Shown: in pieces, positions 35,448 to 49,805 of the stretch
How the letters are laid out: the number at the start of each line of letters is the position of its first letter
Numbering within the stretch: position 1 is the first letter of the stretch
Assembly (NCBI GenBank): GCA_951406725.2
Contig: OX597838.1
Location: 33,356,001 to 33,420,000, forward strand
Origin: Octopus vulgaris
Lineage: Eukaryota
Direction of reading: 5' to 3'
DNA length: 64,000 bases
Position numbers and translations under genes: made by a program
Notes under the pieces: model-generated
The model's input: the letters and a program-made list of their open reading frames with translations, nothing else
Told to the model about the DNA's origin: nothing
The model's database searches: none

Positions 35448-36049
35448 ATGATTTATTATTATTATTATCATTGGAATATTTTAATTCAAATCACTTTGAA
35501 ATAGGATGTTCAAATCATAGAACCAGAGGCGGTTTCAGGCAGATTGGTACCAAAACGGTTAAGCAACCCATAAGCTTGCTTCCCTACCACATTATTCCGG
35601 GTTCACTCTTACAGCGTGGTACCTTGGACAAGTGTCTTCTGCTTGTCTATAGCCCTGGGGCGACCAGCGCTTTGTGAGTGGATGAATTTGACGGCGGAAA
35701 CTGAAAAAAGCCTGTCGTGTATGTATATATATATATAAATATACACACACACGTGTGTGTGTGTGAGTGTCTTTGTATTTGTCCCTCACCACTGCTTGAC
35801 AGCCAGTGTTGGTCTGTTTACGTCCGTGTGCTGCAAGAGGAAAGAGTACAGCAGAAGTTCGCCATTACCTTCTGGCGGAGCCGCGTGGAGCTTAGGTGTT
35901 TCGCTCATAGACACACACATCGCCCGGTCTGAGATTCGAACCGGCGAGTCCACTGCTCTAACCACTAGGCCATGTGCCTCCACATGCCCTTAAGTAACGA
36001 CAGTGAAATAATCTTTGAATCTATGTAACGAAAACCTAAATCACGGACG

Positions 36050-36520
36050 AGGCTGCTGTTTTCTTAACGACATTTTAAACGAGTCATTGGAGAGAAGTTG
36101 ATAAAGTCTCAAGAAATATTTGATGTTCCTGTTATGTGATAGCCAATATGGGAAAAACTGCTTCCAAACACAGCTTCTACAATATCACACCTCACCTACA
36201 TACTAATACAGCTTTTTTAACTGACGCCAGTCGCTGAAATTGGGTGAGGCATTCAATATGGTCGATCATGAAGTCGTATATCACAGGCCACGTGATCTCG
36301 ATACGATAAGAGAACGAGGTAAAATGGTGGTGTGATGTTTCAAACGGTTTGACGCAAATACTTGCGGCCAATAAGGTTTCTTTTCTGCGAAGTCAAAAAC
36401 ACGCCGTAAAATGCACCAGGGAATTGTTTTTGAACCATAACTATTTGTAATAGTTCTTGCAGTTCTCTTCAGGAAATCAAAACTGCCATTCTAACGAGCA
36501 AAACCGATAACAAGCGAATA
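36050..36520 (+). mobile_element. Highly decayed CR1/L2-type RT relic
   Basis: Remnants AFNMVDH and PQG-like motif, many frameshifts. Confidence 0.4.
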
Positions 36521-38644
36521 TCCTGTCAAACAAATTCTCCAAATGGCAATAAAACCGAGCAATTTGTTATTGATGGTGTTAACACGAAACTTTTCAAAAA
36601 CAAAATGAAATCTAAGCCGTTCAAATGTCGATTAAGATTTGAAGTTGCAAAAATATAATCTCAAAATTGAAATTCATTTGAAATAAATAAATTCATAGTC
36701 GGAACTTTTTTTCCTCATGAATCGACGTAGCATAAAGTGTAAACATGTCGTGTGAACATTCAAATATCATCATTATATTTCCAAATCCTGTTACATTTCA
36801 CATGGAGATTTCTGTCCTCTTAAGTCATCTTGGTGCATAAGTAGACCCACATTTTTTGGCTGTAAACTTTGGTCTGAAAAATTCGACGAGTATGCTAGAA
36901 AATATGGTACACATTCTTCCTCATATATGTTCCTACGAGCACATGTCACATGTGGAGGAGCAATGGCCCAGTGGTTAGGGCAGCGGACTCGCGGTCGGAG
37001 GATCGCGGTTTATTGAGCGAAAACACCTAAAAGCTCCACGAGGCTCCGGTGGCAGGGGGTGGTGGCGACCCCTGTTGTACTCTTTCTACCCAACTTTCTC
37101 TCACTCTTTCTTCCTGTTTCTTGAGTAACGCTGCGATGGACTGGCGTCCCGTCCAGCTGGGGGGAACACGGAAACCTGGCCCATGAGCCTGACTAGGCTT
37201 GAAAAAGGCGCATAAATAAATAAAAACATGTACATGTACGTTCTCTCAAACCTACATCATCATCATTTAACGTCTGCCTTCCATGCTGGCATGGGTGGGA
37301 CGGTTTGACAGGAGCTGTCCAGGCAGAAGCCTGCACCAGACTTTTGTAATTATTTTGGCAGGATTTTTACAGCTGGATTCCCTTTCTAACACCAACCACC
37401 CAACAGAGTGCTTTTTACGTGGTACAAGCACAGGCGAGGTCAGTTTTGGCAAGGTTTTTTTTACAGCTGGTTGCCCTTCCAAATGCCAACCACTTTACAG
37501 AGTGGGCTGGGTGCTTTTTATGTGGTACCTGCACTGGCAGGATCAGCAAAGTGACTTTGCTAGACAAAGAGTCTTTGAGAGGGGAGGGGACATTGGAGGA
37601 GGTGATCTTGTGTCAAATGATAAAAGGGTATAGTGAGACAGAAACAGGTGTCTTGCTGTAGCGGAGGTACAAGGTTACCCGGCGAGAGAGAGAGAGAGAG
37701 AGAGAGATCAGGAATGAAGACAGAAACAGATGTGCGGCCGCAAAGGTGATACATGGTTACCCAACCTGATGAAAGTGCAGGAGAAGAAGAAGAAGAAGAA
37801 GAAGAAGAAGAAGAAGAAGAAGAAGAAGAAGAAGAAGAAGAAGAAGAAGAAGAAGAAGAAGAGAAAAAGAGAGAGAGAGGGGGGAATACGGTATGTATAG
37901 GTTTGGGAGAATGTGTATATGAAAGAATTTGTACCGCATATAAGTCGACGTAGTATATAATGTAAACATGTAGTCTAAACATTCAAACATTGTTACTTTA
38001 TTTCCAAATCCTGTTGTATTCCACATTCTTGTTCCATTTTTGAAATGGGACAAGAACGCAAAACATCCAGACAGTTACGTGAAACAAAAAAAAAAGGGAC
38101 AACAAAATATCCAGATCGATAATACAAGGAAAACAAGGACGGATCATTCGGAGTTTTCTATCCTAAGTCGAGTTCCAGATTATCTTTGCAATTTCGGCTG
38201 GTTATACTCGAGATTGCTCCAATCTGGCCAGCCCCAAGGAAAAAATAAGCTAAGAGCATTACATTCATTGGAAGAAAGCAGCGAATGTATACGAAAACAA
38301 GGACGGAAAAAACGGACAATGTTACACAAATACAAATAACAGGACATAACAACAAGTGTCTTTCGACTAAGGACGAATTAAATTAAGCTGGCGTCTGTGG
38401 AAGTAAAGCCTTACGGCAGGGACATAAGATTTAACAAGCACAGGAAGGAATAGAGATGTTGCATGGACAGTAGTCCAACCAAGAAAGAAAGGTCAGGCCT
38501 GGCCGAACACTGGTCACGTGGAGAGAGAAGAGAGAGAGAGGTAGAGGCAGAGGGATAGAAGAATTAAGGAGGGGCGACGGAAAAAAATGAAAGAGACACA
38601 GTGAAGTGAAAGAGGGAAAGTGAGCATGAAGAGAAGGCCAGGAA

Positions 38645-38675
<31 letters not shown>

Positions 38676-38719
38676 TGTATGTATGTATGTATGTATGTAT
38701 GTATGTGTGTATGTATGTG

Positions 38720-38779
<60 letters not shown>

Positions 38780-38859
38780 GGGTGTTCGTGTCAATTTGTG
38801 TGTATGTGTGTGTATGTAAACACACACACACATACAGATTGACAGACAGACAGACAGAC

Positions 38860-38897
<38 letters not shown>

Positions 38898-38900
38898 TGG

Positions 38901-39008
<108 letters not shown>

Positions 39009-39321
39009 CAAACAGACAGACAGAGGAAATATTTGGTATTAAACGTAGACATTATATTACATCTGGGAGAGACATGAAGGAAAAATCTAGTGCGGAGAAG
39101 AGGAGAAAACTTTGACACGATGAGCCAGGGTGAGAAGATAATACTATAATGGCGACAGATTAAATTGTGACATTACGACTTTAGATGTTTCGATGTGTTT
39201 TAAATGCAGTGTAGCAGGAAATTAGATATATTGTATGGAAGAGACGTGGAAACATGTAATTCTTGTAAATTACGTCTGGTTATACTGTTGAGTAAGATTC
39301 AAATTAAATCTATTTGATGTA

Positions 39322-40027
<706 letters not shown>

Positions 40028-40241
40028 TGGCAGAAACGTTAGCACCGAGCGAAATGCTTAGCAGTATTTCGTCTGCCGTTACGTTCTGAGTTCAAATTCC
40101 ACCGAGGTCGACTTTGCTTTTCATCCTTTCGGGGTCGATAAATTAAGTACCAGTTACGCACTGGGGTCGATGTAATCGGCTAAATCCCTTTGTCCTTGTT
40201 TATCCCCACTGTGTTTAGCCCCTTGTGGGCAATAAAGAAAT

Positions 40242-40327
<86 letters not shown>

Positions 40328-40351
40328 TTAGAACAAAGATTCATACATACA

Positions 40352-40383
<32 letters not shown>

Positions 40384-40388
40384 CATAC

Positions 40389-41040
40389 ATGATGATGATG
40401 ATGATGGCTGCCCCCTCGTTATCGAGTATGGCCATTGCACGAAGCTTAACTGTTACTGGTGCTGTGATCGAATGTGACTTTTTAGCCCAGCTAAAGATCT
40501 ACAATGTCTTGTACAGAATTGGCAGCTAAAACCTTTAACGGTAATATCCGGCTGTAGTTGTAACTGGGCTTCATGTACTTTTGCATGTCGTTTAAGTCCT
40601 CCTGCCGAATTACACTCTCTTCCACATGCCCGACAGATATGATTAGTATGGTGTGTAACACCACCACCAGTGGCCAGGTTGTAACTCATCTGTCTCGCTT
40701 TATGACAACGAAGATGACTCATGAGTCCAGCTTTACTGAGGCAGGGTCTTGCACAGACATTGCATGTCAGAATCAAAGGAAGACACTTCCCTTCTGGAAG
40801 TGTAACAGCGATGCCCTTCCTGACATCCCTCCTTACTTTCTCATGCACAACTCGAGATTTCTCAAAAGTAGCTGTTCCCTTGTGCACAATCCTGCTCCAC
40901 CTGCTACGATCAATAGCTATGCCTTCCCATGTGTCAGGAGAGATGCAAGCATCTATTAAGGAAACCTTCAGCAAGTCCTTTTACCTCCTTTTTGGTTTAT
41001 GTGGAGGTCGTTCTCCCCTAAGCTAACTCTCCATAAAAGA
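40389..41040 (-). mobile_element. RTE-clade LINE 3' end with three C2H2 zinc fingers and (CAT)n tail
   Basis: WEGIAIDRSRWSRIVHKG; CNVC..HLRCH, CRAC..HAKVH, CQFC..HIRSQH. Confidence 0.8.
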
Positions 41041-43021
41041 GTTACATACATACATACATAATACATACATACATGCATGCGTGCATGCATACATACATAC
41101 ATAATACATACATACATAAATACATACATACATACATACATACATACATACATAATACATACATACATACATACATAAATACATACATACATACATACAT
41201 AATACATACATACATAAATACATACATACATACATACATACATACATACATACATACATACATAATACATACATACATACATACGTACGTACGTACATAC
41301 ATACATACATACATACATACATACATACATACATACATACATACATACATACATACATACATACATACATGCATACATACATACAGGCGCAGGCGTGGCT
41401 GCGTTGCAAGACGCTTGCTCCCCAACCACATAGTTCCGGGTCCAGTCCCACTGCGTTGCACCTTGGGCAAGTGTCATCTATTATAGCCTCAAACCAACCA
41501 AAGATTTGAGAGTGGATTTGGTAGGCGGAAACTGAAAGAAGCCTGTGGTATATATACGAGGTGTAGTCAAAATGTATCCGCCCTTTGACTAAAAATGAAT
41601 AATAGAAATAATTTTTAAAAAGTCACCATAGGTGTAGGCTGTGTGGTAATAGCTTGCTTACCAGCCACATGGTTTCGGGTTCAGTCCCACTGCATGGCAC
41701 CTTGGGCAAGTGTCTTCTACTATAGCCTCGAGCCAATCAAAGCCTTGTGAGTGGATTTGGTAGACGGAAACAGAAGGAAACCCATCGTATATATGTATAT
41801 ATATATATATGTATGTGTGTGTGTATATGTTTGTGTGTCTGTGTTTGTCCCACCAACATCGCTTGACAACCGATGCCAGTGTGTTTACGTCCCCGTAACT
41901 TAGCGGTTCAGCAAAAGAGACCGATAGAATAAGTACTAGGCTTACAAAGAATAAGTCTTGGGGTTGATTTGCTCGACTAAAGGCGGTACTCCAGCATGGC
42001 CACAGTCAAATGACTGGAACAAGTAAAAGAGAGTAAAAAAAAAGCGATTTTGATTTAGTCTCCTTCAAAGGATTCGCCTTGGGAGTCTGCCAGAGTTCCT
42101 GGCACCGCTGGAAGCATTTCTGGAAATCACTTTTTGGGATGCTGTAGAGCTGTGCCCATCACTTAGCGGATCGGCATAAGAGACCGATAGAATAAGTACT
42201 GGGCTTGTGCACACACACTCACTCGCTCACACATACACATACACACTCACGCACATGTACAGACATACACATATTCTCACACACACACACACACACACTC
42301 ATGCACACACACAATCATACACACATACACGCACAAACATACATACACACACTCACTCACATACATATGCACACACTCAAACATGCACACTCATACACAC
42401 ACTCACTCGTGCACATGATCATACACACACATACTCACTCATATACACACACACACAATCATACACATATACACACACATATGGTGGCTGTCCCCTCGTT
42501 ATCGCCTTAAAAAAACATTCTGTGCCATATGAAACAGATCGGTTTTATTTACATTTGTGACGAAAAAAAGATGCCCTTCCCCCCCATCTCTAACCCTAAT
42601 CCTAACCCTAACCCTAAAACAGATTGAAATGCAATAGATCGATACTAGGGTCATAATTATGGGTGACAATTTCATATGACACCGTTAGTAAAAACTGCCG
42701 TTCAAACCGAAAAGATCCAGAAAATTCCTTTTTATTTTAAAAAATCTTTTATATTTCCAATTTCTTGCTTCTTTCCCTCGTTCCCTGGTCCCACACTACA
42801 AGATTATTTTTTTAGAGCAAGTGATATATACTTAATAAGTAATGTATATTTTAAATATATGGTCAATGACTTCTAAGTTGAAAGATTAAAAGATTTTGAA
42901 GTCAACGATATTATTTTAGTATTTGTTTTGTAAATCACAATAGCCCCGGGCCGACCAATGCCTTGTGAGTGGATTTGGTAGACGGAAACTGAAAGAAGCC
43001 TGTCGTATATATGTATATATT

Positions 43022-43069
<48 letters not shown>

Positions 43070-43434
43070 TGTTTGTCCCTCTAGCATTGCTTGACAACCG
43101 ATGCTGGTGTGTTTACGTCCCCGTCACTTAGCGGTTCGGCAAAAGAGACCGATAGAATAAGTACTGGGCTTACAAAGAATAAGTCCCGGGGTCGATTTGC
43201 TCGACTAAAGGCGGTGCTCCAGCATGGCCGCAGTCAAATGACTGAAACAAGTAAAAGAGTAAAAGAGAGTAAGATAAAACCCGAAAAACGACCTGTGATT
43301 CGAACTTGGTAAGTGAAGGGGAGTAACTGTGCGAGCTGAGATTTTGCCGATCTTAATCACTCCAACACCACTGCTGCCAACATTTTTATCCGCTTAAGAA
43401 ACAGATTAATTAATGAATAATTAAATTTTAATTA

Positions 43435-43618
43435 GGATCTTTTCGGTTTGAACGGCAGTTTTTTCTAGCGGTGTCATATTTTACAAACTATAGAATTTTC
43501 TCAATAAAACCAAGAGAAAAAGATGTTTTATAAACACATTCTACCAGTATACGAAGTTTAAAATTTTTTAGTTACCTAGAAATTATGTTAAAAACTGCCG
43601 TTCAAACCGAAAAGATCC
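43435..43618. mobile_element. Internally deleted GGATC MITE
   Basis: Same TIRs as 3814; TSD TTTAATTA/TTTAGTTA. Confidence 0.85.
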
Positions 43619-43726
43619 TTTAGTTACGATCGAGAAAGTAAAATAAAAGCAGTTTCTAAAATTATTCATAAGCGCCATTTATTTAAACTTAAAAGACAAA
43701 ACTGCACAATAAAGGTAGGCAACTCT

Positions 43727-43999
43727 TGTAAACACACGTGTGTTGTCATGGTAACTGTATACGATATTCGGTATATAAAAACCATGTTTCTTTATCGTCT
43801 GTTCTCAACGAATTAATGTGTGAGTCTGAAAGTACTTTTTTTCTTTTCGAAATTCACTTATATTTCTTTAGACATGTTGTTGCTTGTTTCCATTGTAATT
43901 CATATTGTTAAATTAAACTTTGTTGTTTTACAAAAACAATGCAACTTTTTCTTGCCAATGGTAACTTTTGCACCACGCAACAAACACTGAGTCAACAAG
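43727..43999 (+). promoter_or_regulatory. Putative ciliary-gene promoter and non-coding exon 1 of the dynein gene
   Basis: Forkhead TGTAAACA 43727; X-box GTTGTCATGGTAAC 43742-43755; TATAAAA ~43775; second X-box-like TTGCCAATGGTAAC 43952; donor AAG|GTAATG at 43999. Confidence 0.6.
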
Positions 44000-45134
44000 G
44001 TAATGTTAGCTTCCGTCAGCCAGTTTACTTTTAATAGAGTTTGTAATGTTTCTACAAGTAAAATTTTGACTGAAAAATTCTCTGTTTTGCATCTTTCTTA
44101 GAAACCCTACAAAATTTATCACAGTTTAATGAAAAAAAAAGAGTTTCTTTTTGTCTTTACGAATTCGCTTTTTTCAGAATGTTTAACAAGTTACAAATGG
44201 AAGATATGCAAGCGTTTGTTCATAAAAGACCTTAAATTTTTTTTAAAAAAAAAGCTTAATTTTTCAATATTAAGTTTTCCCATAACAAAAAACAACATTT
44301 TTAGTGAGTTATTTTTTGCTTCAGTCATTGAAGTATGGTCATGCTGGGGCACCACCTTGAAGGGGCTTTGTCGAACAAACAGACCCCATTACATATTTTT
44401 AAAGTCTAATACATATTATATTAGATTCTATTGCCGAAGCTTAAGTTACGGGGACGTAAATAAAACAGTACCAGTTGTTAAGTGGTGGTAGTGAACACAT
44501 AGAAACACACACACACACACACACAAAAGACTGGTTTACACACAGTTTCTGCCTACTAAATTCACTCACAGAGCTTTGGTCGGTCGGGGCTTAGTAGAAG
44601 GCACTTGCCCAAAGTGCCGTGCAATGGGTCTGAATCGGGAACCTCATGTTTATTAAACGAGCTTCTTAACCAACTCCAATGTTTCCCCACTCCCTCCATT
44701 TTCAGCGACGTCTCCATTTATTAAACTTCGTAAGTGTTTTAGGGAATTTGCATGGCGGGGAAAACGTCAAGCTGGGAGACGAACTTAAATATCGATTTTA
44801 TTGATATATATATATATATATATACGTTTAAATATTTGTTGTGCAAGATTTTTTATGTGAAGTCGTGTGTTGAAACAGACATTGTTGTATTTCGGAATGG
44901 TCATTTTGCCAGTTTAGTCAATAAAAACGCACGCACTATATATTTGGTGTTATTTTGCTTCAGTGTTATTTATTTTTTACATTAATCTTAATCTTATTTC
45001 GGCCAGAGTTCTTTCGTCACACTCCTGTGACCGCATCAGTGGTCCTTTGTTTTCTTCTTTCTTATTTGTGTCACTCCTTACTAACCGTCAGCCATTTTGT
45101 ATTTTACAAAATGGCTGACGGTTAGTAAGGAGTC

Positions 45135-45540
45135 CCCAAGGACATACTCTACGGAGAGCTTGCTAGGGGCACTAGGTCTGTGGGAAGACCGTTCTTACAA
45201 TACAAGGATGTTTGCAAAAGGGACATGAAGGCCTGCAACATCAATATTAGCAATTGGGAAGCAGTTGCGAGCAAAAAGAGGAAACACAAAGGAGTGACAG
45301 AGGGAGAGAGGAGAAATGGAAAGACAAGAAAAGACATCAACAAGAAACTATGACATTACAACCAGCCAGGCAAAGTCTGTGCTACATTTGCGGCACCTGC
45401 CAGAGGGAGTGTTTGTCCAGGATAGGACTACACAGCCACAGCAGGAGATGTATTAGGACACAAAATGTAAAAGCCAGACTAGATTATTTTATGCGCAGCT
45501 CCATTGTCTCCCGAGACAGAAAGGATGCCAACAACAATAT
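45135..45540 (+). mobile_element. RTE-clade LINE 3' end with one C2H2 finger
   Basis: LYGELARG..GRP..YKDVCKRDMK; CGTCQRECLSRIGLHSHSRRC; CAA tail. Confidence 0.75.
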
Positions 45541-46029
45541 GTGTGTGTGTTCTCCTCTGCCATTGCTTGACCACCAGTGTTGGTGTGTTTACATCCCTGT
45601 AACTTTAGCAGTTCAGCAAAGAAGACCAATAGAATAAGTACTAGGCTTACAAAGAATAAAGTCCTGGGGTCAATTTCTTCGACTAAAACCCGTTAATGCA
45701 GTGCTCCAGCATGGCTGTAATCAGATGACTGAAACAAGTAAAAGAATAAAAGAAAAATTTACCCATAAGGCTATAGTAACTATTGTCATCGTTTAATGGT
45801 CCTTTATTTCCATACTGGCATGGGTTGGACAGTTCAACAGGAATTGATGAGCCAGGGGCCTGCTCTGAGCTTTGGCATTTGCTTTAGCTTGGCTTCTGTA
45901 GCTTGAGGACCTTCTTAAAACCAACCATTTCATTGAGTGTACTGGGTGCTTTTTTTTTTTCATGACACCAGTACTGGTGAGGTCACCAACTACTCACAAG
46001 ACAAGATCTCTCACTTGAGAGGTGTATAG

Positions 46030-46420
46030 TATATGGCTCAGAAACCTGAACATTATCAAAGAAGCTTGAGAGGCGGTTGGATGGAACCTACACTCGCCTC
46101 CTTGTGAGAGCTCAAAATCTCTTGTGGAAGCGTCATCCAACCAAAATGCAAATATATGGGAAACTACCACCTGTGTCATCTCTTGTGAAAGGTAGGAGAG
46201 TCCAGTTTGCTGGACATTGTTGTAGAGCTGAAAACGAGGCAATTTCTACTCTTCTCCTCTGGAAGCCATCTACTCATGATACCAGAGGGCGCACACTCTC
46301 CTACCGTGATGTAATCTCCAGGGATACAGGCATCCAGCAACAGGACCTTCGTAATGCCATGATGGACCGTGAAGTCTGGCGTAACATAGTAAATTCCACG
46401 GTCGAACAATGATGATGATG
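46030..46420 (+). mobile_element. RTE LINE 3' end, (GAT)n tail
   Basis: YGSET..LSKKLERRLDGTYTRLL; same family as 1-168. Confidence 0.8.
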
Positions 46421-46779
46421 TATGTATGTATTAAATATGATAGAAGGAGGAGCTGGTGTCTTACTGAAGGGATGAAAGCATGGCATCCTCACCTGTGGAG
46501 AAAAAAAGAAAGATAGATAGGTATGTAGACAGATAGATTGGTAGGTATGTATGTAGATAGACAGAGATAGATATAGATAAATAGATAGTGTTGTGGTGAG
46601 AGTCATTAACACCCCTGTGGTATTGGAAGAATGGATTGGCTGAACTCTTAGAAAAAGTAGCGTATTGGTAGAGATGAGGGGAAAGTCGTAGGAAGTCATT
46701 GAGAGTTTGTATTTATTGGCGTATCGTGTTTAATGGAGTAATTTGAATTACATCACGTGAGAAATCAAATTCGATGACT

Positions 46780-47210
46780 GACATCCGTGCTAGTGGAGCG
46801 CTAAGAGCACCATCCGAGCATGATCGTTGCCAGAGCAGCTAACTGGCTTCCGTAAAAAGCACCATTCGAGCGCGATCGTTACCAGCGTCGCCTAAATGGT
46901 ACTTGTGCCAGTGGCATGTGAAAAAAAAACATTCGAACGAGGCTGTTGCCAGTGCCGCTGGACTGGCTCCTGTGCAGGTGGCACGTAAAAGACACCATTT
47001 TAGCGTGGCTGTTGCCAGTACCGCCTGACTGGCCCCATGCTGGTGGCACGTAAAAGTACCCACTACACTCTCGGAGTGGTTGGCGTTAGGAGGGGCATCC
47101 AGTTGTAGAAACTCTGCCAGATCAGATTGGGGCCTGGTGCGAGCCATCTGGTTCGCCAGTCCTCAGTCAAATTGTCCAACCCATGCAAGCATGGAAAGTG
47201 GACTTTAAAC
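46780..47210 (+). mobile_element. Family-4 SINE (Meta-domain-like core) with internal GTGGCACGTAAAAAGCACC repeats; also ~50125-50590 minus, 50625-50960 plus, 56570-56930 minus, 37255-37560 minus
   Basis: Shared GTTAGGAAGGGCATCCAG core; (GAT)n tail in most copies. Confidence 0.7.
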
Positions 47211-47330
47211 AAAGACAGTTGTGTCTATCCCTGCTTTATGAAATCTGTATATCTAACGTATAGAAGGATATAAAAGTGGTGATGAGGATATCAATTTATA
47301 AAAGATGGATAGATAGATTAGTAGATAGAT

Positions 47331-47929
47331 AATAATAATAATAATAAAACATTGCGTACAGTGCTCAGGTGCACTACAACTCATCTAAAGTGTATGTATA
47401 GTACATAGGGTAATGTACAAGCGTCAGGAAAAGAACAGTGCATGAGTCATGACATACACATATGTGTATGAGTATGGAAGGGGGACAATCAGGTGTAGTT
47501 TCGGCGGATTTCGGAAAGCATGAGGGCCTTAAAGGATGCAGTGTCATGGCAGTCAACAACTGACGCAGACAGTTTGTTCCATGCTTCAGCAACTCTGAGC
47601 ATGAAAAAATGTTTCCGAAAGTCATGGGAGCTGTGCTGCTTTCTGACTTTGTAGGCATGTCCACGTGTGTTGGATATATGGAGATCAAAAAGGTGATCAG
47701 TGTTGTTGTTGATGAGGTGGTTGATAACTTTGTGGGTGTTTACCAAGTCCATTGCCAGACACCGGAGCTTCAGTGAATCCATGTCCAGGGAAACAAGGCG
47801 CTCAGAGTACGGTAGGTGTCTGATGGAGGGTATGCGTTTGGTTGCACGTCTCTGAACAGATTCCAGGAGGTCAATGTTCTGAGCAAGATAGGGGTTCCAA
47901 ACTGATGATGCGAATTCCAAGTGTGGTCG
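47331..47929 (-). mobile_element. CR1-group LINE 3' end, (AAT)n tail
   Basis: Homologous to 31940-32520. Confidence 0.88.
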
Positions 47930-49192
47930 ATAGATAGATAATTAAACAGACAGATAGAGATGTGAGGTTAAGCTACAATGTGAATATTAGAGGTAGAATT
48001 GAGATTGAAGCAGAGAAAAGTTGGCTGGTAGGTAAGAATGCTAGAGTGAAAAACAGTATGAAAGATGAGTGATGGGGATTGAGGTGGATCATGACCAGAT
48101 TTACTGCACCACATAAATTTGATTCAATATAGGGGTCTAACTGGTCCAGTAAAGTATTAATGTGCCCCACAAATTCCCAGTAAAAAAACAAAACAAAAAA
48201 GAAACAATAAATTGGTGGGTGTACATACACACACACACACATATGATGATGATGATGATGATATATATCTTTTTCCTTGTTTCAGTCATTAGACTTCGGC
48301 CATGCTGGAACACCACTTTGAAGAATCTTAGTTGAATGAATTGACCCCAGTACTTTTTTTTTTTTTAAACCAGGTATTTATTCTATCAGTGTCTTTTGCT
48401 GAACCACTAAGTTGCAGGGACATAAATACACCAACAGTGGTGGGGGGGGGGACAAACACAGTACAAAGATACACACATAAATATATACGTATATGTGTAT
48501 GTGTGTGTGTATATATATATATATATGGATATAGATATATATAAATATAGATATATAGATATATATAGAATTACGGAGATGTACTTGCATAGCAAGTGAC
48601 CTGATCTGAGATCGTGTGCTGGAACGAAAACAATTGCAGCGTGGAAGGTGTTTATAAGCCATTTAAGAAACACACAAAAACCGGGTCGCGATCTCAAAGC
48701 GACGAAAATATTTTGACAAATTAAATTTAAATGTTGAAGTGAATCTAACGGTTTTTGTGTGTTTCTTAAATGGCTTATAAACACCTTCCACGCTGCAATT
48801 GATATATATATATATATATATATAAATACAAACAGGGACAAGAATGCAATACATTTAGGAGACAATACAAAAAACACAGACGGGACATTCGAAGCCTTCA
48901 ATCTTCAGTCAAGAACCAGATCATCCTCGCAATTTCGGCTGATGTATTTTTTTTATATAGTGGAATTTGAACTCGCAACGTAACAGTAGATGAAATACCG
49001 TTAAGCATTTTGCCCGGTGTGCTAACATTTCTTATTTCTTTATTGCCCACGAAGGGACAAACGGATTAAGTCGATTATATCGACCCCAGTGCGTAACTGG
49101 TACCCAATTTATCGACCCCGAAAGGATGAAAGGCAAAGTCGACCTCGGCGGAATTTGAACTCAGAACGTAAAGACAGACAAAATACCGTTAA

Positions 49193-49805
49193 CCCTTTAG
49201 CATTTAAACCGGCCATATCCGGCCAAAAGTATTCTGCCTGTTTTATGTTCAAACTGGCCAGATCTGGTCTCTCACACCAACCCTACAATATCGTTTTAAA
49301 AATTAACAGCTACCTCATCAAAATCTCACAGATACAAGATAATGCTTGATTAGTTCAAAACAATACTCTTTACTCTTTTACTTGTTTCAGTCATTTGACT
49401 GTGGCCATGCTGGAGCACCGCCTTTAGTCGAGCAAATCGACCCCGGGACTTATTCTTTGTAAGCCCAGTACTTATTCTATCGATCTCTTTTGCCGAACCG
49501 CTAAGTGACGGGGACGTAAACACACCAGCATCAGTTGTCAAGCAATGCTAGGGGGACAAACACAGACACACAAACACACACATATATATACATATATACG
49601 ACGGGCTTCTTTCAGTTTCCGTCTACCAAATCCACTCACAAGGCATTGGTCGGCCTGGGGCTATAGCAGAAGACACTTGCCCAAGATGCCACGCAGTAGG
49701 ACTGAACCCGGAACCATGTGGTTGGTTAGCAAGCCACTTACCACACAGCCACTCCTGTGGATAAAAAAGGATTAACTTTGGCAGAATAATGTGAACACTA
49801 AAGGG
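49193..49805. mobile_element. piggyBac-like MITE in a family-2 SINE, with nested family-1 SINE (49364-49757 minus)
   Basis: TTAA|CCCTTTAG...CTAAAGGG|TTAA. Confidence 0.8.

Noticed and set aside
37753-37953. Poly-Glu ORF
   Set aside because: (GAA)n microsatellite
48880-48945. CTGAAGA...CGAA hammerhead-like strings on the minus strand (also ~38140, ~60425)
   Set aside because: No GAAA with closable stems II and III; possibly Penelope-like repeats, but not supportable
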